From Candidatus Hadarchaeota archaeon (GTDB taxonomy: Archaea; CAYQAE01; CAYVLA01): a DNA stretch of 10,495 bases. The DNA lies in NCBI GenBank assembly GCA_964621445.1, contig CAZUNO010000052.1, forward strand, positions 1 through 10,495, written 5' to 3'. Position numbers and translations under genes: made by a program. The stretch's first letter is position 1. Every line of letters starts with the position of its first letter. Positions 1-7,126 of the stretch are shown in pieces. Below the pieces are notes generated by a model, which saw nothing but the letters and a program-made list of their open reading frames with translations, was not told the origin of the DNA and did not search any database.

Positions 1-13
1 CCTAAACGGGGAT

Positions 14-55
14 AAAAAAAGAAAGAAAAAGATGGAGGGGAATCCCCCTCCCATC
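14..55 (-). terminator. Hairpin + oligo-U terminator downstream of csp and the structured RNA
   Basis: Minus strand reads GATG-G-GAGGGG-GATT-CCCCTC-CATC (10 bp stem, one bulge) followed directly by TTTTTCTTTCTTTTTTT. Confidence 0.75.
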
Positions 56-71
56 AGTAAATTGTTGTCCA

Positions 72-254
72 AACCTCAGTACAAGAGATCAGTAAGAATC
101 TTGAGCCTTAAGCCTGTCCCGGCCAAGAGGCCTAACAGGGAATCAAGACGGGCCCGGGAAGTCATTTACTCAGGTTGAGAAAGGAAATCGCACATTCCCA
201 CAAATGGGGGTGTGATCATCCTACCCTCAAGCTATAGCAACGATCCCTGGCCCG
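72..254 (-). ncRNA. Candidate structured RNA (csp 3' UTR or independent sRNA): long rod hairpin 254-149, hairpin 148-99, small hairpin 90-72
   Basis: Manual pairing gives ~42 bp in 106 nt for the first hairpin (CGGGCC/GGCCCG, GGGA/TCCC, TCGT/ATGA, TGCT/AGTA, TAG/CTG, TTGAG/CTCAA, AGGA/TCCT, CCCA-TTTG-TGGG). Second hairpin TCTTGA..CCTGT..GGCC-TCTT-GGCC..ACAGG..TCAAGA; third GATCTC/GAGGTT. G-U pairs form on the minus strand. No family recognised. Confidence 0.5.
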
Positions 255-270
255 GTTCAAATAATTCAGG

Positions 271-477
271 TTAAATTTTCTTTACCTTAACTGCTCTTGG
301 GCCTTTTTCAGATTCCTCAGTTTCAAATTCAACTTTATCGCCCTCGTCTATCGGGCTACCGAAGAGTGAGTCTGATTCTATATCGCTTCTATGCACGAAA
401 AGATCCTCGTCTCCCTCATCGGGTGTGATAAATCCAAAGTTCTTTCTATTATCGAAGAACTTCACCGTTCCCTTCAC
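271..477 (-). CDS. csp: Cold-shock domain protein (CspA family), 68 aa
   Basis: MKGTVKFFDNRKNFGFITPDEGDEDLFVH...GDKVEFETEESEKGPRAVKV has RNP1 (KNFGFI) and RNP2 (LFVH). Start moved from 573 to GTG at 477, 5 nt after GGAGGTGA. Confidence 0.95.
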   Translation of the reverse strand: MKGTVKFFDNRKNFGFITPDEGDEDLFVHRSDIESDSLFGSPIDEGDKVEFETEESEKGPRAVKVKKI

Positions 478-482
478 TTCTT

Positions 483-490
483 TCACCTCC
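483..490 (-). promoter_or_regulatory. Strong Shine-Dalgarno site for csp
   Basis: GGAGGTGA on the minus strand, then spacer AAGAA, then GTG. Confidence 0.85.
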
Positions 491-633
491 AGCATGCTTT
501 TGTAGAGCCCCCCTTTTAGTGGTTTCCTTTTTTGGGGTGGGTTGTGAGTGCTTTTCATAATGAATATGGTCAAATTCCACCCAATTATGGCATGAAAACT
601 ACAAGTTTGGTCGAAAAGCGTGACATTATTTCG

Positions 634-1018
634 TTAGTTTCTGGTAACCGAAATCCTCGCCATCTCCGAATAGACGAGCGAATTTGCATTGCTAACATCC
701 CCCTCATCAATCTCAGGCGTTTCGAGGTTTATGAAACGTATGGGAAGTCCATTTGCAGAAATGGGATCCACGGAGTCCATGAGTTGAAAATGGAGATGGG
801 GATCTGGCGGGTTTCCCGAATCGGGCCATGGTCAATTATTACACAATTAACGGAGGCGACATGGAAAAATCCAATTTCGGGAAGTAGCGGTTCGATCATT
901 TTTTGAAAATTGTCCAGATACTCCTGCGTATTACTCATCCCGGAAGCTGCAAATTCATTTCCTACCTCAACAACACGCCTTCTAAGGGCCAGCGTGAAGA
1001 CCCATAGGACCAACGGTA
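634..1018 (-). pseudogene. Remnant of an M23-family metallopeptidase gene (frameshifted, internal deletion, 5' part missing)
   Basis: One frame gives ...VVEVGN...HVASVNCVIIDHG (cf. M23 'GNYVIIDHG'). After a frame change near 825, another frame gives DSGNPPDPHLHFQLMDSVDPISANGLPIRF (cf. 'GNSGNS..PHLHF') ending at TAA 636-634. The usual YAHL..V..GD.V..G segment between them is absent. 5' boundary approximate. Confidence 0.7.
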
Positions 1019-1059
1019 TTTTGAAGAAGTGGAGAGTGCTGAAAGGGGTTCATGTCTTG

Positions 1060-1075
1060 GAAATACATATAATAT
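1060..1075 (+). promoter_or_regulatory. Putative BRE/TATA promoter of the EamA gene (probably leaderless)
   Basis: GAAATACATATAATAT centred ~27 bp upstream of GTG 1097. Confidence 0.45.
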
Positions 1076-1096
1076 GCTCCAGGATAGGCGCCCGTT

Positions 1097-2026
1097 GTGT
1101 CCTCTTCGTTTCAGGGCCGAGACAGAAGAACCCTAGGTCTAATAGCGGTTCTGCTCGCCGCGATCATCTGGGCCTGGCCGACGATATTCGTCAGAATGCT
1201 CAGCCGGGATTTCGATATATTCACCCAGAGCTTCTACCGCTACCTCGCTTCCTCCTTGTTCTTCTTCCTGGTTTCCTATCTCTTTGTAAGGGAGGAACTT
1301 GAGAATGCCGCCAGAAATGTGAAATCCCTGGTGGTTCCAGCAATCCTGGTTTCGATTTTCCAGGTTTGCATGGTTACAAGTGTGTACATGACCAATGCTA
1401 GCGTTCCTGGAATCGTCACCAGAATGAATATCCTGTTTATCGTGCTTTTCTCATATATTCTCTTTGAGGAGGAGAGGAGGGTAATCGCCTCCAAATACTT
1501 CTGGATCGCCAATGTGTTCGTCATGGGGGGGATAATTGGGCTGATTCTGGGAGCACCGAACCTAAATTTCGAGTTTAACCTTGGCGTGGTAGTCGCCATT
1601 CTGGCCGCGCTTTTTTGGGGGGCTTACATCGTCAGCCTCAAGCGCATAGTCAGGCATGTTGCAGCTCTAGGAGCATTTCCCTTTATTCAATTGATGGCCG
1701 CTATCATCTTTCTGCCCATCGTGCTGTTTAACGGCGATATCGCAACGGTGACTTCGGTAAGTCTGGGCACCAACGTGCTTCTCATTTCCTCTGGAGTTAT
1801 ATGCGTGGGCCTTGGGAATATCATGAACTATGTAGCCATAGGCCAGCTGGGATCCACGATACCATCCAATTTGCTTACTTTCAAGCCAATCCTAACCGTT
1901 ATTTTTGCCTACTTTGTGTTGGGGGAGGTTCTTACCATGGCCCAGCTCTCCGCTGGCCTCCTCTTCATTTTTGGTTGCTGGATAATGATAAGAAAGGTAA
2001 GTACCAAATACCAAGATGAAGGCTAG
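1097..2026 (+). CDS. EamA / DMT superfamily transporter, 309 aa
   Basis: About ten hydrophobic segments in two repeats; motifs LLAAIIWAW, FYRYL, LFSYILFEE, LAALFWGAY, KPILTVIFAYFVLGE. Confidence 0.92.
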   Translation: MSSSFQGRDRRTLGLIAVLLAAIIWAWPTIFVRMLSRDFDIFTQSFYRYLASSLFFFLVSYLFVREELENAARNVKSLVVPAILVSIFQVCMVTSVYMTNASVPGIVTRMNILFIVLFSYILFEEERRVIASKYFWIANVFVMGGIIGLILGAPNLNFEFNLGVVVAILAALFWGAYIVSLKRIVRHVAALGAFPFIQLMAAIIFLPIVLFNGDIATVTSVSLGTNVLLISSGVICVGLGNIMNYVAIGQLGSTIPSNLLTFKPILTVIFAYFVLGEVLTMAQLSAGLLFIFGCWIMIRKVSTKYQDEG

Positions 2027-2048
2027 GTTATAGGATTATTGGTTATGC

Positions 2049-2066
2049 TTTTGGGTTTTCTTTTTT
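2049..2066 (+). terminator. Putative archaeal oligo-T terminator after EamA
   Basis: TTTTGGGTTTTCTTTTTT begins 23 nt after the TAG stop. Confidence 0.45.
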
Positions 2067-2148
2067 AGTAACTTCGGCTTTTTCTACCACTAGAAAGGAT
2101 TCCTTCATCCCACAAAATAGGATGGCCCTGGCCCCTTTCTGAAAGGCT

Positions 2149-2961
2149 ATGGAAGATGATGACATGACGATCATAACTAAGACCGAGGAACTCTCAAAAT
2201 TCTATGGTAAGGACAACTCCATCAAGGCTGTTGATGGCCTAAATATGGAGGTATATGAAGGAGAGACCTTTGGCCTTCTAGGTCCTAATGGTGCAGGAAA
2301 GACAACTACCGTACGTCTTCTAAACTGCATAATCAAGCCCACCAGAGGAACCGCCAAGGTCGCTGGTTACGACATATTGAAGGAACCCGACGATGTCAAG
2401 AGGACAACGGGCCTACTGGCCGAATCACCGGGACTATATGAAAAGCTAAGTGCATATGAATTCCTGGAGTTCATGGCCGCCCTCTATGATGTTCCCGGTG
2501 AGATCGTTCCTGAAAGAATAGAAAATCTATTGCAGCTTTTCGGGCTCCAGGAAAGAAGAGATCATCTGCTGGAGGGATATAGCCGGGGCATGAAGCAGAA
2601 GGTACTTCTAGCAGCAGCCCTTGTACACGACCCCCCTATGCTGTTTCTCGACGAACCTACATCCACTCTCGACCCCCGGGCCGCTCTCATGGTCAAGGAC
2701 CTGATTAAGGAGCTGGCCGACCGCGCGGGCAAAACCATATTCATATGTAGCCATATGCTCCCGGTTGTCCAGGAATTGTGCGATCGAATAGGCATAATCG
2801 ACCAGGGACAACTGGTGGCGGTGGGTACGGTAGAGGAGATACTTTCCAAAACCGGTAAGGACACCCTCGAGGATGCGTTCATAGACATAACAGGAGGAAT
2901 CCAGGAGAAGGAGCTCCTGGCCTGGAGGGAGAGAAAAGATGAGGGCGCCAAAGTGGATTAA
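2149..2961 (+). CDS. ABC exporter ATP-binding subunit (ABC-2/NatA/DrrA-like), 270 aa
   Basis: Walker A GPNGAGKTT, signature YSRGMKQK, Walker B MLFLDEP, H-loop ICSH. Start could be the second Met at 2164. Confidence 0.95.
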   Translation: MEDDDMTIITKTEELSKFYGKDNSIKAVDGLNMEVYEGETFGLLGPNGAGKTTTVRLLNCIIKPTRGTAKVAGYDILKEPDDVKRTTGLLAESPGLYEKLSAYEFLEFMAALYDVPGEIVPERIENLLQLFGLQERRDHLLEGYSRGMKQKVLLAAALVHDPPMLFLDEPTSTLDPRAALMVKDLIKELADRAGKTIFICSHMLPVVQELCDRIGIIDQGQLVAVGTVEEILSKTGKDTLEDAFIDITGGIQEKELLAWRERKDEGAKVD

Positions 2962-4495
2962 GGTGGCTAGAAATCAATACAGACTGGCCACAAATGGCAT
3001 TCGCTGGCTTAAACCATATCTCCCCTTTCTTATCGTGGCCCTTCTGGCTCTGTATATATTCTATGCCGCGCCAGCCATGGTTGATCTGGTATTCGATGAT
3101 GCAATGATGTTCCTGCTATCGCAGGGTGCCGTGGTCAGCATTGAGATCGTGCTTTTTATCGCGTTTGTGTGGTTCCTTTTCTTTCCAATCAGCCTGTCCC
3201 TCAGGGAGATGCAAGCTTCCCACCTGGAAATTCTACTTTCAGCTCCCGTCAAACCTTCCGATCTGATGTTAGGGGAGTTCCTCGGGGTAATGCCTTTCTA
3301 TTCCATAATCATTGTACTGCTTACGGGATTCTTCACCGCTCTACTTCAACCTATCGGAACAAGCGTCCTTCAAAATATTCTAGTGGTCCTCGTATTTATC
3401 CTAACCTTATTATCAGCCCTATGGATTGGCACCGTAATAGGGGGTCTTCTCCGTGCCCAACTCGGCGGCTCTGAAAGGGGGCGGGATATTGGAAAGGCCA
3501 TAGGTTTCCTAATAGCACTACCCGTGGTTGGTATAATGTACGCCGTTATGGGCGCATTTGAGGAAACCATCACCAATCCCGGCGCAAATGTCCCAATATC
3601 CAAAATCTTGGACATATTTCCAAGCTCCTGGGGTACTTCACTAGTGGTGGAATTTGCCAGAAACCCGGGAACCATGGAACCCCTATGGAGAGAAACGGTA
3701 ACTGGTTTGGGTGGACTTTTCATTTTCTTTACGGGAAGCATGTTGATTGGATTCATGGTGGCTGAGCGTGCATACAACCTGGAAACGGGGGGTTTCTCGA
3801 TGGCCACCGCCGGGCAAGATGGCATTCTCTATGGAACAGTAGGGTCAATAACGGGAGGGGGTTCATTCTCGAAGGTCGTTGTATCCTTTATGAAGGACTA
3901 CGGTCGTAGGATGCAGAACATATCCAGGATTGGCTACGTCGCAGGGCTGCTATTGCTCATAAACATCTTTCTAGTAAGGCCTGAGGAGGCTTTTCAATCA
4001 CTGGTAATGGCCCAGGCTCTTTTCGGACTTCTGGCAGTATTCGTGGTTGGGGAGGTTACCATTCGTGGTAAGCCGACTCTTTTCATATACAAGATGGCAC
4101 CCCGAGGTATTTCTAGGTTGATTAAGGCCCGGTTGATACACGGTTGGTTGGTCACCGTATCGTTGTCCATTGCCCTGGTGGCCATTCAGCTATCCTTCAT
4201 CCCCGGCATTAATCCCCCCTCCTTTCTAGGATTTATGGGATTCACGGGAGGCATCGCCGCTGCCCTGGTGGTTGTCTCTCTGGGATGTTTCCTTTTGTTG
4301 CCAGCCTTCTCCGATAAGAGCGGGCAATTTTTTATGGTAACCTTAGGGGTCACCATGCTCTCAGTTATGAGCTTCATCATGTTTGTGGTTGCTTTTAGCG
4401 AGTACTGGGCAATGCTATTACAGCTCGGCTCGCTTTGGTCTCTTGGGGGCATATTGCTCATGCTTGGAATTATCAGACTTCGCAGAATCGAATAG
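2939..4495 (+). CDS. ABC exporter permease, 518 aa, two-repeat polytopic membrane protein
   Basis: Overlaps the ATPase by 23 nt; about 13-14 hydrophobic segments; two ABC-2-like loops (EILLSAPVKPSDLMLGEF and FIYKMAPRGISRLIKARL). Confidence 0.8.
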   Translation: MRAPKWIKVARNQYRLATNGIRWLKPYLPFLIVALLALYIFYAAPAMVDLVFDDAMMFLLSQGAVVSIEIVLFIAFVWFLFFPISLSLREMQASHLEILLSAPVKPSDLMLGEFLGVMPFYSIIIVLLTGFFTALLQPIGTSVLQNILVVLVFILTLLSALWIGTVIGGLLRAQLGGSERGRDIGKAIGFLIALPVVGIMYAVMGAFEETITNPGANVPISKILDIFPSSWGTSLVVEFARNPGTMEPLWRETVTGLGGLFIFFTGSMLIGFMVAERAYNLETGGFSMATAGQDGILYGTVGSITGGGSFSKVVVSFMKDYGRRMQNISRIGYVAGLLLLINIFLVRPEEAFQSLVMAQALFGLLAVFVVGEVTIRGKPTLFIYKMAPRGISRLIKARLIHGWLVTVSLSIALVAIQLSFIPGINPPSFLGFMGFTGGIAAALVVVSLGCFLLLPAFSDKSGQFFMVTLGVTMLSVMSFIMFVVAFSEYWAMLLQLGSLWSLGGILLMLGIIRLRRIE

Positions 4496-4508
4496 CCAGC
4501 TATAGATA

Positions 4509-4528
4509 ATGACTGAAGGATCAGTCAT
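4509..4528. repeat. Perfect 8-bp inverted repeat ATGACTGA-AGGA-TCAGTCAT
   Basis: Directly visible; lies just after the permease stop and ~40 bp upstream of the uppS TATA-like box. Confidence 0.8.
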
Positions 4529-4560
4529 CATTGACTTCGCGATAGATTACAAATCCATGA

Positions 4561-4608
4561 CAAAAGATTTAAGGTCACTCACGGCCTCGAACCACCATAA
4601 GCGGGGAA
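4561..4608 (+). promoter_or_regulatory. Putative BRE/TATA (CAAAAG-ATTTAAGG) and SD-like GCGGGGAA for uppS
   Basis: TATA-like box at 4567-4574 predicts a transcription start near 4597. GGGG at 4603-4606 lies 8 nt before CTG 4615. Confidence 0.5.
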
Positions 4609-4614
4609 TAAAAA

Positions 4615-5409
4615 CTGCTTCATATCATTGCCCGCACCCTCAAGAGCTTTATTCTGAACCCTTTCTACAGGTTCTATCAATGGAGGCTTGAAAATGCGGT
4701 CAAGAACGGTGACCCACCACACCATATAGGGTTAATACTGGACGGTAATAGAAGGTTCGGTCAGTCCCTAGGCCTATCCAGTTTTGAGGCCCATGAGAGC
4801 GGTGCCCGGAAGCTAGAGGAGGTACTCGAATGGTGTTGGAAACTGGGAGTCAAGATCGTCACCGTATATGCTTTCTCTGCCGAAAACTTCCAGCGCCCGC
4901 CGGATGAAGTTGAGGAACTCATGGAGATGTTCGAAAAGCGATTCCGTGAAGTGGCGAAGGAGGAAAGGGTACACGAGTATGGTATAAGGATAAGGGCCAT
5001 AGGCAAGACCGAAGTGCTGCCCGAGAAAGTTAGAAAAGCCATCTCTCTGGCAGAGGAATCCACGAAGGACTATTCAAAATATCAGTTAAACATAGCCGTG
5101 GGATACGGAGGCAGACTCGAGATAGCTGAGGCATGCAAGAAAATAGCACAGAAGGCAAGTAACGGTTCTATAGACCCCGGGGATATAGATGATCAGATGG
5201 TGAGGGCCCACCTATATACCAACGGGATACCAGATCCGGATCTGATCGTGAGGACATCGGGGGAGGAAAGATTAAGCGGATTTCTTTTATGGCAATCCGC
5301 ATATAGCGAACTCTATTTCTGCGAGTCGTACTGGCCAGAATTCAGGGAGATAGATCTTCTGAGGGCCATCCGTACCTTCCAGCACAGAGAAAGACGTTTC
5401 GGGAGCTAG
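4615..5409 (+). CDS. uppS: cis-prenyltransferase / polyprenyl (undecaprenyl) diphosphate synthase, ~264 aa, probable CTG start
   Basis: Frame is open from TAA 4609-4611 to TAG 5409 and encodes PHHIGLILDGNRR, TVYAFSAENFQRP, GYGGRLEI, DPDLIVRTSGEERLSGFLLWQSAYSE. The ORF-track start at 4921 lacks the catalytic DGNRR motif. Confidence 0.92.
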   Translation: MLHIIARTLKSFILNPFYRFYQWRLENAVKNGDPPHHIGLILDGNRRFGQSLGLSSFEAHESGARKLEEVLEWCWKLGVKIVTVYAFSAENFQRPPDEVEELMEMFEKRFREVAKEERVHEYGIRIRAIGKTEVLPEKVRKAISLAEESTKDYSKYQLNIAVGYGGRLEIAEACKKIAQKASNGSIDPGDIDDQMVRAHLYTNGIPDPDLIVRTSGEERLSGFLLWQSAYSELYFCESYWPEFREIDLLRAIRTFQHRERRFGS

Positions 5410-6254
5410 TCCCTCTCGAATGCGAGTGCCCCGTAACCCACAACCTCATTCATGGGCATCACATCCCCAGAAGTTGCATATTTGATAAGCTCGCCCCTTT
5501 TAGCACCCAGGCGGGACGTGGATTCTATCGCGGTCATGACAGGTCCGTATCCACACATGCTGATGCCCTTGTCCTGAATCAAGCGGTATAAACCCCTGGC
5601 ATCCATGTCCACTATCCTGTCGATGGCCTCCCGATCCTGTTCCTCAGCCACCTCTGCTCGTACGTAGTGGGAGAAATCCGTCGAGGCTATTATGACCGCA
5701 TTTGAAGATGTGGCCTTAATGGCCTCCACTATATCTTCAGCGACCTCAATGGAGGTATCGGCATCCTGAATCATCATGCTGATGGGAGCAAACTTGATCT
5801 CTCCATATAGATACTGGAGGAAGGGTAACTGGACCTCAATTGAGTGTTCGTATTGGTGGGCTCTACCGTCGATGTCTATTATCTCCGTAACACTCGTTAT
5901 TGCGCCAGTAAGGTCCTCATCTATCTTGGCCGCGCCCAAAGGGGTCTTCCAGGCTCCCTTTGAGTAAAGGGCCACGCCAGAACCAGAACCCTGATGATTG
6001 GGACCCAGGATAACAAACGTATCGGGTTTTCTGTCCCCATAGAGTGCGGAGTAGCTGTGGGCTGCCACCATGCCCGAATATGAATAACCTGCATGAGGAA
6101 CCACGATACCTAAAATATCCCCAACATCGCCTGGAGTCTCAGGTACCTCGCCCGGCCCCAAGCCGTGGACAAAGGACTCCTCTATTTGCTTGCGAAGCGA
6201 ATCCTTACCGCCCGCATAGAACTGTCCAGCCACTCTAGGTGTTCTCACTGACAA
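5406..6254 (-). CDS. amrB: MEMO1-family protein (AmmeMemoRadiSam system protein B), ~282 aa
   Basis: [56 protein letters not shown]. Start moved to TTG 6254, 6 nt after GAGGGGG; GTG 6248 is an alternative. Confidence 0.93.
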   Translation of the reverse strand: MSVRTPRVAGQFYAGGKDSLRKQIEESFVHGLGPGEVPETPGDVGDILGIVVPHAGYSYSGMVAAHSYSALYGDRKPDTFVILGPNHQGSGSGVALYSKGAWKTPLGAAKIDEDLTGAITSVTEIIDIDGRAHQYEHSIEVQLPFLQYLYGEIKFAPISMMIQDADTSIEVAEDIVEAIKATSSNAVIIASTDFSHYVRAEVAEEQDREAIDRIVDMDARGLYRLIQDKGISMCGYGPVMTAIESTSRLGAKRGELIKYATSGDVMPMNEVVGYGALAFERD

Positions 6255-6927
6255 GGCTTTCCCCCTCAAATGATTCTGTGGCGTATCCAAATTGCTCCCG
6301 GTCCTGAATTCTTCCACGTGCGAGAAGAACTTCCCTTGCCAAGAGCCAGTAAACCGTGGAAAGCGCCTTTTTACCCTTGTTATTTGTTGGGATTACCAAG
6401 TCAACATTGGACGTCTGATTATCGCTATCGCAGAGAGCTATGACCGGGATACCCGCTTCTCGCGTTTCGGTTATTGCTTGGGAGTCGGCTCTGGGATCTG
6501 TTGCTATGAGCAACCCCATCTCTATGAACTCATCGAGATTCGGATTTGTCAGGGTCCCCGGGGTGAATCTACCAGGTTTAGCCTTGATGCCGGTAACTTC
6601 AGCAAAACGGCTTATCGGCCTCTTTCCGTACTGCCTTGCGGATACGATAAGAACCCTTTCCGGGGGAAAATTAGCTATGAAAGGCCCCGCAACGCGAATC
6701 TTCTCATCCGTCTTCTGGACATCCATTACATACAGGCCATCGGTTCTCGCGCGATAGATATACTCCTCCATATCTCGGTTCTTCTGTTGCGTGCCTATGT
6801 GAACCCCTGATGCCAGATATTCATCCATGGATATGAGCAATTCCTCGTCCGGTGCCTGCTGTTGCTCGGTCACATCTACATCGGTCGCCACTGACGTTCC
6901 TTCAACTTCACCTTTTTCCTCAGACAT
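6235..6927 (-). CDS. rps2: 30S ribosomal protein uS2 (archaeal type), 230 aa
   Basis: [55 protein letters not shown]; GGTGAG just upstream of the ATG. Confidence 0.97.
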   Translation of the reverse strand: MSEEKGEVEGTSVATDVDVTEQQQAPDEELLISMDEYLASGVHIGTQQKNRDMEEYIYRARTDGLYVMDVQKTDEKIRVAGPFIANFPPERVLIVSARQYGKRPISRFAEVTGIKAKPGRFTPGTLTNPNLDEFIEMGLLIATDPRADSQAITETREAGIPVIALCDSDNQTSNVDLVIPTNNKGKKALSTVYWLLAREVLLARGRIQDREQFGYATESFEGESLVSENT

Positions 6928-7090
6928 TTTCTCACCAGATCAATTCAAAATGACAACTAAAGTACAAGGTATCTACAAAGGTACCTCACAGGGCTGAAAA
7001 AGGTTTTCTGATGCTCCGGCGAACGAGGGAAAGCCGGTATCCAATAGGCAAAGAGCGAGCAAAACCTTGGTAACATGTCCCAAGGCCCGT

Positions 7091-7102
7091 GAAGATTATA
7101 AG
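7091..7102 (+). promoter_or_regulatory. Putative BRE/TATA promoter for 7127..8365 (leaderless)
   Basis: GAAGATTATAAG ~28 bp upstream of TTG 7127; no SD before the start. Confidence 0.55.
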
Positions 7103-7126
7103 CAATAAATCCATCATTTTAACCCC

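Noticed and set aside
56-270. SRP RNA, RNase P RNA, tRNA, hammerhead/HDV ribozyme or C/D box sRNA as the identity of the structured region
   Set aside because: No SRP helix-8 motif, no GAGGAAAGUCC, no cloverleaf, no complete CUGANGA/GAAA core. Several CTGA occur but without properly spaced C/C' boxes.
478-573. N-terminal extension of Csp in the ORF track (100 aa)
   Set aside because: The Csp fold begins at KGTVK and a perfect SD precedes GTG 477; the extension is UTR/promoter.
532-1302. ORFs 532..906 (+), 910..1302 (+) and 729..1013 (-) as intact genes
   Set aside because: The plus ORFs lack recognisable motifs and overlap the M23 remnant or EamA. The minus ORF is one frame of the pseudogene and goes out of frame after DHG.
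4473-4531. Possible C/D box sRNA on the minus strand (ATGATGA ... CTGA spanning 59 nt)
   Set aside because: No recognisable D'/C' pair; box C is buried in the dyad and the D box lies inside the permease CDS.
4509-4691. 60-aa ORF as a frameshifted N-terminus of uppS
   Set aside because: It has no UppS-like sequence and spans the predicted promoter; the uppS frame itself already gives a full-length N-terminus from 4615.
6255-6317. Longer MEMO1 start at 6317
   Set aside because: It would overlap rps2 by 83 nt; family similarity begins at R.P.VAG.FY and an SD precedes TTG 6254.
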